From the human T2T-CHM13v2.0 reference genome, Homo sapiens: a DNA stretch of 64,000 bases. The stretch lies in the NCBI RefSeq assembly GCF_009914755.1, contig NC_060939.1. The stretch is one strand, 5' to 3'. This document shows positions 39,500 to 54,044 of the stretch, piece after piece. Within the stretch, counting starts at the first letter, position 1. Every line of letters begins with the position of its first letter. The notes under the pieces were generated by a model, which saw nothing but the letters and a program-made list of their open reading frames with translations, was not told the origin of the DNA and did not search any database. The position numbers and the translations under genes are program-made.

Positions 39500-40004
39500 A
39501 CCAATCAGTAGAAAAAAAAGGCAACTGTCAAGGAACGACTTTCCCAGAATTTTTCAAATCACATCATGCTGGTGCTCATACTGTGTTTTGTCTTAAGTCC
39601 AAAAAAACTGCTCTAGGGTGAAATTTATATCTGACACACGTTTGGTTCTACTTAGGAGGCATACAAAGGTATTCCTGAGTTAATCAATTTATGAACATAT
39701 ACCTACCTCCACATTAAGAATCAATAATCTTGATACCAGAAATATAATTTTCTCCAGAACTTTATAGTTATTGAAATTTTCTTTGAATTTTTCTGCTTAA
39801 GGGAAATTATAAAATCAAGCAGTTCATAAAAATTCACATTTAGACAAATGAACTGGGAATCTGATTTGCTTACCAAAACTGAAGTAATGTAAAAGAGGGA
39901 AACTTTATTGACACAACAAAAACATCCCAGTATTATTCAACATTTAAACTACTATTATCTTCTAAACGAAAATTCCCATTTCTGTTCTTTCTAAAGAAGT
40001 ACTC

Positions 40005-43000
40005 TAGAACTAAGGAGAAATAGACAAATCCAAAATTATAGTCAGAGATTTCTTTGACCTCTTTCAATAATTGATAGAAGAAGTTGACGGAAAATTACCA
40101 AGGATGTAGAAAACTTGAATAGTGTGAACCAACTTGACCTAGTTGACTTTTATAGAAAACTGACAGCAGCAGAATACACATTATTTTCAAGTGCACGTAA
40201 AGCATTTATCAGGATACATCATATTCTGGCCACAAGTTTGGTTAAGTTTAAAAGGATTAAAATCATACAAAGTTTGTCCTCTGACCAAAATGGAATTATA
40301 TTAAAAATGAGTAACAGAAATATATACAGAAAATCCTCATATCTTTAGATATTACATAACCTACTTCTAAATAACTGAGTCAAAGAAACATTACTAGAGA
40401 AATTAGAATATATTTTGAACTTAGTAAAAAATTATAGCATATCAAAATTTGTGGGGTGTAGCTAATTAGGTATTTACAGGAAAATTTAATACATTAAATG
40501 CTCACATTGAGAAAGAAGAAAAGCCTCAAATCAATGGCCTAAATGTTCACTTTGAGAAACTAGAAAAAGAGCAGTAAATTAAGTAAGCATAAAGAAAAAG
40601 ATAAAAAATATAGGACAATAATCAAGGAATTAGAAAACAAGAGCGAATATCAATGAAAACAAAAACTATTTCTTTGAAAAGATCAATAGAATTGATAAAC
40701 CTCTAGTGGACTTATCAGGAAAACAGAAAATATGCAAATAGTCAATATCAGGAAGGAATAGCATTATGCATTCTTCAGATATAAGTATAATGAGAGTATA
40801 CTATGAATAAGCTTATGTCAATAAATTTAACAACTTAGGGGAAATGGACCAATTCTTTGCAAGGCAAAAACTACCAAAGCTTGCTCCAGAAGAAATTAAC
40901 TACCTGAACAGTCCTTTACCTATTAAAGGAAGTGAATTTGTAGTTAAAATCTTCCCACAAAGAAAACCCAAGTGACCCAAGTGGCTTCACTACAAATTCT
41001 ACCAAACATTTAAAGAAGAAATTGTGCACAAACTCTTCCAAAAATAGAAAAAAAAAAGAAAAGAAACACTTTTCAACTCATTTTTTGAAGCCCGTATTAC
41101 TCTGAGAGCAAACAAGACAGACACTAAAAAAAAACAAAAACTAGAGATTGGTGTTCTATATGAACATAGATGAAAATAAAGTCTTAACTATTAGCAAATA
41201 AAGCCTAGAAATATATAAGAAAGATAATTAATCATGACCAAGTGGAGTTTATCTTAGGAATGTAAAGTTGGTTTAACATTCAAAACTGAATCAATGTAAT
41301 TAACTATATTAACAGATGAGAAAAGAAACCCGTATGATCAGCCCATTGATGCAGATGAAGCATTTACCAAAATTCAAAATCCATTTATGGTAAAGACTTT
41401 CAAGCCTACTAAGAAGTGGGGAACATAGTCTGGCTAAAGGCAATTATGGAAAAAATCTATAACTACCTTTATACTTAATGGTGAAATACTAAATGCTTCC
41501 CCCTAAAATTGAGAACAAAGCAAGGATGACTACTTTCACCACTTTTATTCAATATTTTACTGGAATTCCTCGCCAGCACTTTAATGAAATAAAAAGAAAT
41601 AAACGTCTACAGATTGGAAAGAAAAAAATAAAAGTATTTCTAAATTATCTGTATAGAAATTCTAAAGAATTTATAAAAGAATGGACACACATCTAAATTT
41701 AACAATGTGGCATGATATAAGGTTAAAACGTAAAAATCAATTTTATTTATATAGATCAGCAACAATCAACTGAAAATTGAAAATAAAAGAATGATATAAT
41801 TTAGAATAGCAAACAAAAACATGAAATACCTGAGGATACATTTGACAAAATATTTGCAAGGCATGTACACTGAAAACTACAGAATATTTCTGAGAGAAAT
41901 TAAAAAAACTCAAACAAATAGAGATACCATGATTGTGGATTAGAAGATGCAATATTATTAAGAGATTAATTATCCCCAATTTGATCAACATATTTGGCTT
42001 AATTCTAATCAAGTCTAGCAGACTTTTTCAAAGACAGTACAAGCTGATTCTAAAATTTTCATGTATATGCAGAGGAACTAGAATGGCCAAAACAATTGTG
42101 AAAAAGTAAAGTCCAAAACTTATACTACCTAATTTTAAGGCCTAATATTAAGCCTCAGCATTCCATTCAGGTGGTTTTCCATAAAGGTAGAAATGTAGGT
42201 TAGTGGAATAGAAGTTGATTAATTAATTTTTCAAGGTGGGTGCCAAGACAATTCAATGGGGAAATTATCTCATAAACAAATGGTGATTGAACAGTTGGAT
42301 TCACATGTACCAAAAAAGAGAGAAAAAAGAGAATCTTAATTCTTACCTCAGGCCATATTCACAATTTAACTTCAAGAAGATCATAGACTTAACAAACTAT
42401 AAAAGTCAAAACTATAAAACGGTAAGTGCAAGAATATGGAAAACCTGGAATTCTCATACATTGTTGGTGTAAATGAAAAATGGTACAGCCACTTTGGAAA
42501 ATAGTTTTGCAGTTTCTTAAACAAAAGGTATACTCATCATATGACCCAGAAACTCCATTTCCAGGTATTAACCCAAAAGAAATGAAAACTTATATATACA
42601 TAAATACTTGTACTTGACCATTCATAGCAACTCTTTACAATAGCCTCAAACTGGAAACAACCCAATGTCCATTAATTGGTGCATGCACAAACTATTTTTG
42701 GTATATTCATAAAATGGAATGCCATCCACTATAAAAAGGAATGAACTACTGCTACACACAGTAACATGGATGAGTCTCAAAAGCATTATGCTAAATTAAA
42801 ACAAAAAACCAAAACTATCACCCACAGAAAGCAGATCACTGTTTTCCAGGGGTTAGGGGTAGAGGTTGCAAGAAGAACAGGAATAATGATGGTAATATTC
42901 TAGATCAAGATTATGGTAGTGGTCATATGACTATATACATTTGTCAAAACTCATTGAATTAAAATTGATAAGTTAAAATTGGTAATTTTTGTTGCATGTA

Positions 43001-43030
43001 AATAATACATTTGTAATGCTGACAGAAATA
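40005..43030 (+). mobile_element. Old L1M (L1MD/ME-like), ORF2 to 3' end with an internal deletion near 42420
   Basis: EN-domain remnant (NQLDLVDFYRKL...EYTLFSSA), RT-region motifs, 3'UTR catttgtcaaaactcattgaa. Confidence 0.85.
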
Positions 43031-44051
43031 AGAAATAGAAAAAAAGACAAAAAAAGTCAGTACAAGTCAATATATATACAAGAGACTGGTCAGACTATAA
43101 ATAAATTAAATTAGCTTAGGAAGAGTAGACTGGGAATAAAAGGCAGGATCTCTAGGTTACCAGAAGTATGTTTGAAAGTACCCTTGATTGTTTTCTTTCC
43201 TCATTATCTAACTACTTATTAAACTAGCACCTAGGATACCATAGTGCATCAATAACATTTATTCAATGTTAGATGACAGGTAGGAAAGTTAGGAACTACA
43301 AACTATAGTGAAACTGTCTTTACTCTTGAATGAAAATTCAAAAAATGGAAGAGAGTTTGTTGACATTTTTATCTATCAACTTTTGGCTGTCATCTTCCTG
43401 GTGGTTTGGCTTCTTATGTAAGCAAGTAAACCAATCAAAGTGATTTGTTCCTGCTACCAGTTTAGTTTATATGAACAAACATTTAAATTAGTCGCTGTGG
43501 GCCAGCAAGACACAAGAAAATGGTGGGCTTCATCCTGATGCCGTCACAAGTTTTGTTAAATGTCCAATCTTATCAGGCTTTCTCAAAGCCATAAACTTAA
43601 GCATAGCTGACTCTATTGCTTTTGACAGCATAAAATACATAAATTGAAAGTTCATGAAGAAATATGAACTCTGAGACCTGTTTTATTATTGGGTATTTTT
43701 TATTACTATTAACTTTTTGGTAAATATATCTCTCTTTTTCTTATGTGGTACAAATCAAGAGAAGTATCAAAAATGGTATCTTAAGAGATTTTTAAAATTT
43801 CTTCCTTTTCACTTCATAAAATTGCATTCTTTAAATTTTTTTTTCCTGAAAGTTTCTTTTCTAAAACCTAAGGCCTGCATTCTTAGAATATCACACTAAA
43901 ATTTTAGGTTTAAGATTATTGTCATCAATTGAAATGAAAGAATAAGAGAAAGTTTAGGAGTTTACTCATTATTATATGGAAATTTTTTACACAGATGAAT
44001 ATTTATTGTATAAAGTTAGAATAAAATTCATATATTCCACCAGTAGGCATC

Positions 44052-44490
44052 TGTAGCGGACATCTGTTACTTCTGTCTGCCCAGCAACGATTCCCTCTTC
44101 TTCCAGTAATAGCACACAATTTACTTGGTGTAGCTCCTTCTCCCCCATTGTGTGCATTCTTCATATCAGTCAAGGCTGCCTGCCCTTTACCAGCCAAGGG
44201 GCACAGGATTCAAACTAGGCAAATCTGGTTCTTTTTTTCGCTGGGAATGTTGAGCTTTAAGTGAAATTTCCCAAGGATAAGCTAAGTCTCCTCTAAAATG
44301 GTGTTCTGAAAAGACTCACGGAAGCCATTCTGGTTTCTATTCTTTTAGAAGAAAATATCTTCAGCTTTTCCTTTGGATCTATAAGTTCTTCTACATATCC
44401 TTCTATTGAATTCTTCCTTTCTGCCCAAGTTACCAGTATCAGTGTACTTAATTAATTTACCAGACTGTTGCTTTCAACTGAAGAATGCTA
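44052..44490 (+). mobile_element. LTR33/LTR16-like ERVL LTR
   Basis: tgtagcggacatctgttacttctgtctgcccagc...ctgttgctttcaactgaagaatgc. Confidence 0.6.
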
Positions 44491-45529
44491 AGCTTTAAAA
44501 TCTCATCATTATCTCAAGTGATTTTTTTTTTTCCAAGTGGAAGGTGCATCTAATCCCCTGGCCTGTCAGACCCAGAGTTCTATGTCTCCAAGGACCTTTG
44601 TCTCCACTTCCCGTGAGCAATGTACTCCCACTGGTGCACCCGGATCTCAGCATCACCTGAATCTCCTCTTACTCCAAAATTATTAGTTCAAGTATGTCAC
44701 TTTCTCTGGTGACAGCTTTTCCTCCTCCCAGTTTACTAGTTTAACTACTTCCATAGTCTCCTCTTTCCAGATGCGGAATTTTCCATAATTCTTTTAAGAA
44801 TGAGACCCTGCTCAGCTCCATCTCCCCTGATGCTCATACCTACCATCACAAAGTCCACATCAAATCTAGCTCTAGAATATAGATCTCCAGTCTTATGCTG
44901 GGATCAGCAGAGGATCAGGGAAGGGAATCCGGGAAACTTGGCTGCTCTGTGTACAATCTTCCACTCAAGTTCTTGTGTTTTCAGCCTTACCATGCACAAT
45001 CTTCAAAGACATTTGGTGTTTCAAATCCTGCGGCTTTTCCAAGGGTCCAGAGTAGGAATTGGCTTCTTTTTGGTTCATCTCTTCTTTCCAATTCTTTGAC
45101 CTGGAAATTTAGGTTTCCAGGCCAGCAAGGGCAGTTACTGCTATCTAGTCTACAATGTTTTACCATCTTTATGGTCATAATTTCTCCCTATTTCTTCATT
45201 TTTAAATTCACACTTAAAATATTTTAATTACCATTTAAATGAGATTACAGAAGAGAGCAGAGATAAGTAGGTATATAACTTACGATGTTTACCAGGGCAG
45301 CAGTTCCTTTATAGACTTTCCAAGCTAGGAAACATCTTAATCCCATGTAGTTAACACCTATATTTCCTTCCTCTTGTACTGTCATCTGTATAATGAATAC
45401 ATTTTCTCTCTTGTTCACCATACAGGGTTATTTGAATATCAAAGAAAGTAAAGTATTTGAAGGATTACACAAATTATAAAGTTTTATGCAAATATGGGCT
45501 ATTTGTTAGTAATTATCGTTTCATCCTCC

Positions 45530-46080
45530 AATTTTTATTGAGCATCTAATAATAGTGGCAATGCAACAGTTCATAGCTATTTAGCACCTGCCATCTGCTA
45601 GTTATTTTGCTAAAAGCCAGGATTTTGAGGATGAAGAAGAAGAAATGGTCCTTATTCTTAAATATGTCAAATCTAGGAAAAGAAACAAATATATAACAAA
45701 GACATGTCCTACATTTACTATATTTATTATAAATATTTTCATAGTTTATTACATATATAACATAATAGTACTATAATATATGTTACCTATATGCCAATAG
45801 AGTTTCATAAGCACAGTACCCACAAAAGAAAAAGAAAGTGTCTAGAGTCAGAGAAGGTCTCAGAAAGCTGATAATATATGATCTACATCTTGAAAGATTA
45901 GCAGAAGTATTCAAGGGGAGAAGTGAGTAGCTAGGAAAAAGTTTGTGCAAACACTCAGAGGCATAAAAAATTATGCAGTAGCTGGAAGTTTCACACAACT
46001 ACATTGTAGAGTACGTTTAGGAAAGTGGAAGGACATGAGAATCTAAAAAGTGACTGAGGTGGCCTGTGCTGTGACCTCTA
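45530..46080 (-). mobile_element. L2 fragments
   Basis: tttattgagcatcta; tatttagcacctgccatctgctagttattttgctaaaagccagg. Confidence 0.5.
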
Positions 46081-47723
46081 TGATGTCTGAGACTAGTGAG
46101 AAGCAATCCTGTTTACATTTATAAGAACCTCTAATGAGGAGTTTAGATTCATTTAACATTTAACAACTCTTATAAATTTGCTTCTTACCTGTAGCATGAG
46201 ACTGTCTAAAGCAGTTTAATTTCAACATTTGTTGTTCTATCTTGAGTGGATAGTTGGCCACTGTCCTCTATTAACCACAGTCAAAGAGCAAAAAGAGAAA
46301 CCTCTACATCCCATAATAGTGTTTATAAATTATTACATAGCCCCAACGAATCAATCTTCACCTGAGTTTTTCTGCTCAATACTTCCTAAGTCTTCACTAA
46401 TCTGTTAAGTTCAATGTGAATTATGAGTACTTCTCTCCTCTGAGGCCTCTAAATGCCCCACGTTCCCCTTGGTTGAGAGAATCCAGAACTTGATACAAGC
46501 CCAAGGAAGAGTCTGTTCCTCACATACCAGGGACATTGTTAAATGACAAATCTGGAATTAAACAGATATTTCCAACTCATAATCAACATAATATGAAGAG
46601 TGCTATGAAATGCATTAGTAGGTCTTTGGGCTGCGGTTTCTTCAAGATGCACTAAATGAATTCTTAGGTGTTTACCAGCTTCTACGTACTGGAATGTAAC
46701 ATGTACATTGCTATTTAAAATCTGCAGGTAACTAACAGGTGAATAATTTCATTTCACTAAAATTTAATTATGATGTCTAGAGACCAGTGTTAGCAATATA
46801 TTAAAGCATTTGTATTTTTATAAGGAGAGATTTGATCAAAGCATAAAAGACTTCACCAGAGTATCCTGAGAAGACACAAAACATCAAATGTTAATAATGA
46901 ATGTTGATCTACCATAAGTTTAATGGTTTTCCCTGGAGACCATTTTAATTAGTAGTTCATAGTGTGCAATTTCTTCTAAAATGCATTAGGACTTTGTGAT
47001 TTTAATGACTCCCATCATATCAGGTCACTTCCTCTGAGGCCTTGTAAAGAGCCAGATGTTCTTTTCACTTGTGCTTTTGCAATTGAATTCTATATGACTA
47101 TTCTCTTGCGAGTAAATTCTCTGGAATGGATACAGAACCATCAACATAAACTGCCATAACCTAGGTTTTCTCACTGGCCTATGCTAAATAAATATCCTTT
47201 GGGAATGCTGCTTATAATGTGACATCTCAGGAGAATATTACTTGACAAATTAAAAGGAAAACCTTTTGTTTCACATAAAGGTAGATCACACACGATTGCA
47301 CTAGAATTTTATAGCCATTGTTTACATGACAATTTATTTTAAGCTTATTCGTATATATATGAGTTGTATATACATATGAATTATGTATATAAATTACATA
47401 TATGTGTTTATATACATATATAATTTTATTTCCAAGTGTTTTGCCTGCTGGACAAGATATAGTGATGCTGACAAACACTGTATTTAGTAGTTTCTTTTGT
47501 AGTACCAAGGAAAGACACATTTTAGAATGTATTGATGAATTGGTTATAGTTTTGGTAAAACTCTTGTAGCCAAACCTAAATGATCACAGTGTGTCTATAT
47601 ATCCCCATTTTTAAAAAATTGCTATTTATTTGTCAAAAGGCTTTTGAATTTAATAAAGAATGGCAATAACTGGTATATACATTAATTCAAAATACTTTCC
47701 CATTATATGTAATTGATATTATA

Positions 47724-48104
47724 CTATTAGTTCATTTTCATTCTGCTATAAAGAACTCCCTGAGACTGGGTAATTTATAAAGGAAAGAGGTTTAATTGAC
47801 TCACAGTTCAGCATGGCTGGGGAGGCCTCAGGAAACTTACAATCATGGAGGAAGGCAAAGGGGAAGCAAGGTACCTTCTTCACAAAGTGGCAGGAAGGAG
47901 AAGAGCAAGCAAGAGCAGGGAAAACCACCTTATAAAATCATCAGATCTCATGAGAATTCACTCACTATCACAAGAACAGCATGGGTGAACTGCCCCCATG
48001 ATCCAATCACCTCCCACCTGGTTCCTACCTCAACAGGTGGGGATCATGGGGATTAGAATTCGAGTTGAGATTTGGGTGGGGACACACAAAGCCTAACAAT
48101 ATCA
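47724..48104 (-). mobile_element. THE1D-like MaLR LTR
   Basis: ctgctataaagaactccctgagactgggtaatttataaaggaaagaggtttaattgactcacagttc...gcctaacaatatca. Confidence 0.9.
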
Positions 48105-48869
48105 ACTTGATCATTTCATGTCCAAACTTCATTTCAGTACTATTTTTAAACAACACGCATTTATAGAAATTATTTCTTGCATATCTAAATTCTCATAATA
48201 TTCTGTTGAATTTCTATCAACAAAAGAATAAGGATGCTGTGGCATAGACGAGTTGCCATCCTTTAGAGTAAATCATGAATTATCTTGTGATATTTTTAAT
48301 CCAAATATAAACAACTAATTTTTAAAAACTTGGGGTGGTTGAACTAAATAGTAACACAAGTTTGTATTTAAGAAGACTGAGAGAAATGAAAGACATTGGA
48401 TGACTTAAGAGTCCAGAGTATGGAAGAAATTAAAAAGTTGTTGATAAGTAAGCCTCCTAGCTAATAACCAGAAAGAGCAGTTAGTTGGATTTGACATTAA
48501 AGGATTATAAAACTAAGCTTTATAAAAATGCAGTTCTTAGGCATATCTGGCCTAAGAATGGCTTTACAACAAAATCTCACTTACTACATTTATTTCCAGA
48601 AATTTTTGAATACAGTAACCAAAAAACCCTACCAAAAACCTCAATGCAGAAGCGCTACCCTCTTGAACCACATACTTCACCAAAAATTTAAAATTTAAAT
48701 CATAGATCAGAAAGACAACTTATAAATCATCGAGTCCAATCTTCCCTTCCTTTCATTGCACTTCCCCACACATACACCCAAATGTAATTTACACTTCAGT
48801 AAACTTAGGTGAGGAATTTACAGTTGAGCCTGCAGAGAAACTAAGTGACTTGCTTAAGGAAGACAGAAT

Positions 48870-49105
48870 AGTTTGTGGTTAAGAATATGGCTGATAAGAT
48901 TCAAATCTTGGCTCCATCACTTACTAGCTGTGTGACCTTGAGCAATTCACTCAATTATTTTCATGCCTCAGGTGGCTTGTCTGAAAAATGGGAATAATAG
49001 TAGCACCTAACTCAGATTGTTTTGAGACGCAGGTGAGCAAGTCTGCATAATGCACTTAGCATAGTGCCTGGGGTATAATATGTGCTCAATAAATATTATT
49101 TTAAT
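48870..49105 (+). mobile_element. MIR
   Basis: ttcaaatcttggctccatcacttactagctgtgtgaccttgagcaa...aaaatgggaataatagtagcaccta. Confidence 0.85.
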
Positions 49106-49337
49106 TCTCTCTCTGCAATAAATTACTTGTGTGCTGTTAGGCAACTTACTTTAAACATTTTGTTACATTTATAATGATTTGTATTACACAATTGTTTATT
49201 GTTTATAGTCTGTGTTCCCCACTGGACATAAAATTCCAGGATGGCAGAGACTACATCTATTTTAAACATTAACATATATGGTGGCTGGCACATATTAGGT
49301 GCTCAACAATGTTTCTTGTTATAAAAATAATGTTACT

Positions 49338-49853
<516 letters not shown>

Positions 49854-50049
49854 TTAATTAAATATATGTAAGGCAGAAAAACTAATTCTTCATGTTAAAA
49901 AGTCTATTTTGCAAGGCTATTCTACAGTTGATAATATTGCCTAGCAACAAAATCTAAGGAAGAGATGTACTTTGCTTGGCTTGGATAGCATTATAACAAC
50001 ATTACTAACAATGACAAGAGCAACAGCAACAGCAACAACAACAGACTAG

Positions 50050-50255
50050 GTAGCCCAGATTTTAAAGTAGAGAGATATTTCAAAACCACTTGAATTTTGG
50101 TTTTTCTTGAAAACATAGAAGTTAGGCACAAAAGGCTAACACCCTCACCTGTCAACAACTCAGTGGGAGCTCTGAGATGGCCCCCCTCTTTCTATGGGGT
50201 ACTTGCTCTTCAATTCACACGTGACCCCTGGAGGCATTGGTGTTTGGGACCCCTG
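50050..50255. mobile_element. MER102-like hAT-Charlie fragment
   Basis: caacaactcagtgggagctctgagatggccccc...gtgtttgggacccctg. Confidence 0.55.
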
Positions 50256-50348
50256 ATTTGAGTCTAGGGCTTTTCAGGATTAATGTGATTTTAAGGAATT
50301 CTGGATGTCTTTGTAGTAATCATTTTGATCCACATAAGCAACATCTTT

Positions 50349-50369
50349 TGTGTGTGTGTGTGTGTGTGT
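50349..50369. repeat. (TG)n microsatellite
   Basis: Direct reading. Confidence 0.9.
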
Positions 50370-51863
50370 AGCAGAAAAGACTTTTATTTCTGTTGGCTTT
50401 TTCATCACTCCTCACCTTGTTCTTGTTTTATACAGCATCTGATAGCAAGTGTCAAGAGAAATTTAAAATTATAGCTCATTTACTCTGGTTAAACATAAGG
50501 AAGGAAAAGCAATTACCAGAGTAAAATGATGGAATTAAAGATTCTTCTTGCAACCTAGTTAGGTATTTAGTGTTTGATGAGTGCTGGAAAAGATAAATAC
50601 ATTTTTTTTCAAGGAGGACTGTGTCAATCTGCAATCATGAATAAAAGACTCTGAACATGATTTAGATATCAAACATATGGTTTGCAAACAAAATCAATCT
50701 TTCTCTAGGCAGTAAGAGTTAGTTGACAATATACTGTACCTCTTTTTTGTTACTAAATTGGAAAATGTTTTTTTAGTGGTGAATAAATTTCTTGCACCAA
50801 CAACAGTTTTGTTTTTGGTTTTTTAATATATATATATATATTTTTTTTGCAGAGGAAACATGCTACAAGATAGATGGCGCTTTAGAAGAGACCACACAGA
50901 TGGTCTATAGAAAATCTTACAAATATAATCCCATATAAACAGCGTAAATGCATTCTTCATATGAGGATAAAATGTTAATTAGTTTGGTTTAATTACAGAT
51001 TTGTTACATGCTAAAGTATAAATTTAATGGATTGGTGATTCAATTTGATAGATCATAAAAAATAACTGTGAGCATGTTACTGATTGTTTTGCTGACTAAC
51101 CTAACATGGATGCCCTATGCATCTTTAATTCACCTCTGGTTCAAAATGTGCCTCATTCATAAAGAGCCCATCTAATGATCAAACATACTTAATTCATGCT
51201 AACATGAGAGATGTGGATCAGTCTTTCTTTAAAACAATCATGTAGTCATTGTATTATCTTTCACAATACTTCATAAGAAAGAGTCACAAATTAGTACTGG
51301 TGTCTCTAGCAATATAACATTCAGTAATGTTGCTATAATTTTGTCCTCAAAAATTTTAAGAAATATGATTTTAGGAGTGAGTTGTAGTTATTTTGCATTT
51401 CTGATGAAGGCAGGAAAACAGGGAAGAGATACTAGTCACATCAGCAAAAGACTGAAGAGGAAAACTTTTGAATCAAGAGCATCTTAAGATATTGGAATGA
51501 GTTATTTAAGGAAGCTGTGGGATCTCTTGCTAAGATTCTGAAAGATATTATTGGTGTGGGATGATGAAGTGTCATTTTGTTGCAAGGCTGTAGATTAGAC
51601 CAGACCAGCTTTAGGAATACATTTCATAAATGATTATGCTCCCAAACTTCTTTCTATTTTAATGAGTTTTCATCATTGGCATTCACACTTATCAATGCTA
51701 TCAATTCCTCCTAGCCTGCTCACCTATTGCCAGTTCTAACAAGCGTGCATAATAATTCCACGTCAACAAAGATTGCAACAAAATAAACACCAAATAGAAA
51801 AATGGATAAATTCAGTACTGATATTTATTATTTGTGTTATGTCATTTGGTCATGTCTATTTTC

Positions 51864-51917
51864 TTTTTTTTAATTTAATTTAATTTAATTTTGTTTTACT
51901 TTAAGTTCTGCGATACA
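51864..51917 (-). mobile_element. Orphan L1 3' terminus and tail (left inversion breakpoint)
   Basis: T-rich tail + tactttaagttctgcgataca; 51888-51917 is the exact reverse complement of 53973-54002. Confidence 0.9.
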
Positions 51918-51919
51918 CA

Positions 51920-52870
51920 ATGGCTGAAAATTTTTGCAATCCATCTGACAAAGGTCTAATATCCAGAGTCTACAAGGAGCTTAAACAAATTAACAAGAAA
52001 ACAAACAACCCCATTAAAAAGTGGCCAAAAAACATGAACAGCCACTTCTCAAAAGAAGACATACATGAGACCAAAAAACATATGAGAAGAAGCTCAACAT
52101 CAGTGATTATTAAAGAAATGCAAATTAAAACCACAATGAGACACCATGTCATGCCTGTGGAAATGGCTATTATTAAAAAGTCAGAATACAACAGATGCTG
52201 CAAGGTTGCAGAGAAAAGGAATGCTTTTACACTGTTGGTGGGAGTGTAAATTAGTTCAACCATTGTGGAAGACAGTGTGGCAATTTCTCAAAGACCTAGA
52301 GGCAGAAATACCATTTGACACAGCAATCCCATTACTGGGTATATACCCAAAGGAATATAAATCACTCTATTATAAATATACATGCACATGTATGTTCATT
52401 ACAGCGCTGTTCACAATAGCAAAGACATAGACTCAACTCAAATGCTCATCAATGATAGACTAGATAAAGAAAATGTGGTACATATACACCATGGAATATT
52501 ATGCAGCCATAAAAAGGAATGAGATCATTCCATTTGCAGGGACATGGATGAAGCTGGAAGCCATTATCCTTAGCAAACTAATGCTGGAACAGAAAACCAA
52601 ACACTTCATGTTCTCACTTATAAATGAGAGCTGAATGATGAGAACACATGGACACATTGGGGGAAATAATACACACTGGGGCCTGTAGGATAGGCAGTGT
52701 CAGGGGAGGGAGAGCATCAAGAATAGCTAATGGATGCTGGGCTTAATACCTAGGTGATGGGATGATCTGTGCAGCAAACACCATGGCACATGTTTACCTA
52801 TGTAACAAACTTGCACACCCTGCACATGTACCCCGGAACTTAAAATAAAATAACAACAACCGCAAAAAGA
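51920..52870 (+). mobile_element. L1PA13-15/L1PREC2-like 3' portion
   Basis: ORF2 C-terminus ([17 protein letters not shown]...); 3'UTR gaatagctaatggatgctgggcttaatacctaggtgatgggatgatctgtgcagc. Confidence 0.9.
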
Positions 52871-53299
52871 AAATTACATTAGGAAGAAAATAAGGAAAAC
52901 AGAATTAGGTTTTCTTTTCATGTAATGTTTTACATTACATTAAGGTATAAAATGCTTGTATGCCAAATGATTTAGAGTTCACTGAAATATTATAAATCCT
53001 TTTAACTCATGGTCACTAACAAATAAACATATATCTTTTCATGGCTTAAGGTAGGAATTTTGACAAAATTGAAGGAAGAACATCAGTTCTTCTCAGCCCT
53101 TGCTTTTGAAAACAGTTTTGACCCAATTTTCTCTTATATTTCTTGGTTAACACAAATGAAACACTGTGCTTATTTCTATTTGAGGTGTTGTTACAATTTT
53201 TTGGTCATGGATCTTTAGTTTTCCTCCTTAAAATAACAGAATTTCAGAAAACCATCAGTGACTAACATTCTAATCCAGTTATGGAAATAGGACATGACC

Positions 53300-54004
53300 C
53301 AGAATGGCGATTATTAAAAAATTGAGAAACAATAGATGTGGGCGAGGCTGTGGAGAAATAGGAATGCTTTTACACTGTGGTTGCGAGTGTAAATTAGTTC
53401 AACCACTGTGGAAGACAGTGTGGCAATTTCTCAAGGATATAGAACCAGAAATAACATTTGACCCAGCAATCCCGTTACTGGGTATACACTCAAAGGAATA
53501 TAAATCATTCTGTTATAAAGACACAAGCACATGTATGTTTATTGCAGCACTGTTTACAGTAGCAAAGACTTGGAACCAAATGCCCATCAATGATAGACTG
53601 GATAATGAAAATGCGATACATATACACCATGGAATACTGTGCAGCCATACAAAAAGAATGAGATCATGTCCTTTGCAGGGACATGGATGAAGCTGGAAGC
53701 CATCAATCTCAGCTAACTAACCCAGGAACAGAATACCAGACACTGCATGCTCTCTCTTATAAGTGGGAGTTCAACAATGAGAACACATGGACACAGAGAG
53801 GGGAGCAATACACACAGGGGCCTGTTGGGTGGTTGGGGGTGCAAGGGGAGGGAGAGCATTAGGACAAATAGCTAATGCATCTGGGGCTTAACACCTATAT
53901 GACGGGTTGATGGGTGCAGCAAACCACCATGGCACATGTATACGTATGTAACAAACCTGCACATTCTGCACATGTATCGCAGAACTTAAAGTAAAACAAA
54001 ATAA
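53300..54004 (+). mobile_element. 5'-truncated L1PA8/10-like element
   Basis: MAIIKKLRNNRC...; 3'UTR cattaggacaaatagctaatgcat...gatgggtgcagcaaaccacc. Confidence 0.9.
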
Positions 54005-54044
54005 AAGGATGCCCTCTCTCACCACAAACAAATGAAAAAACATT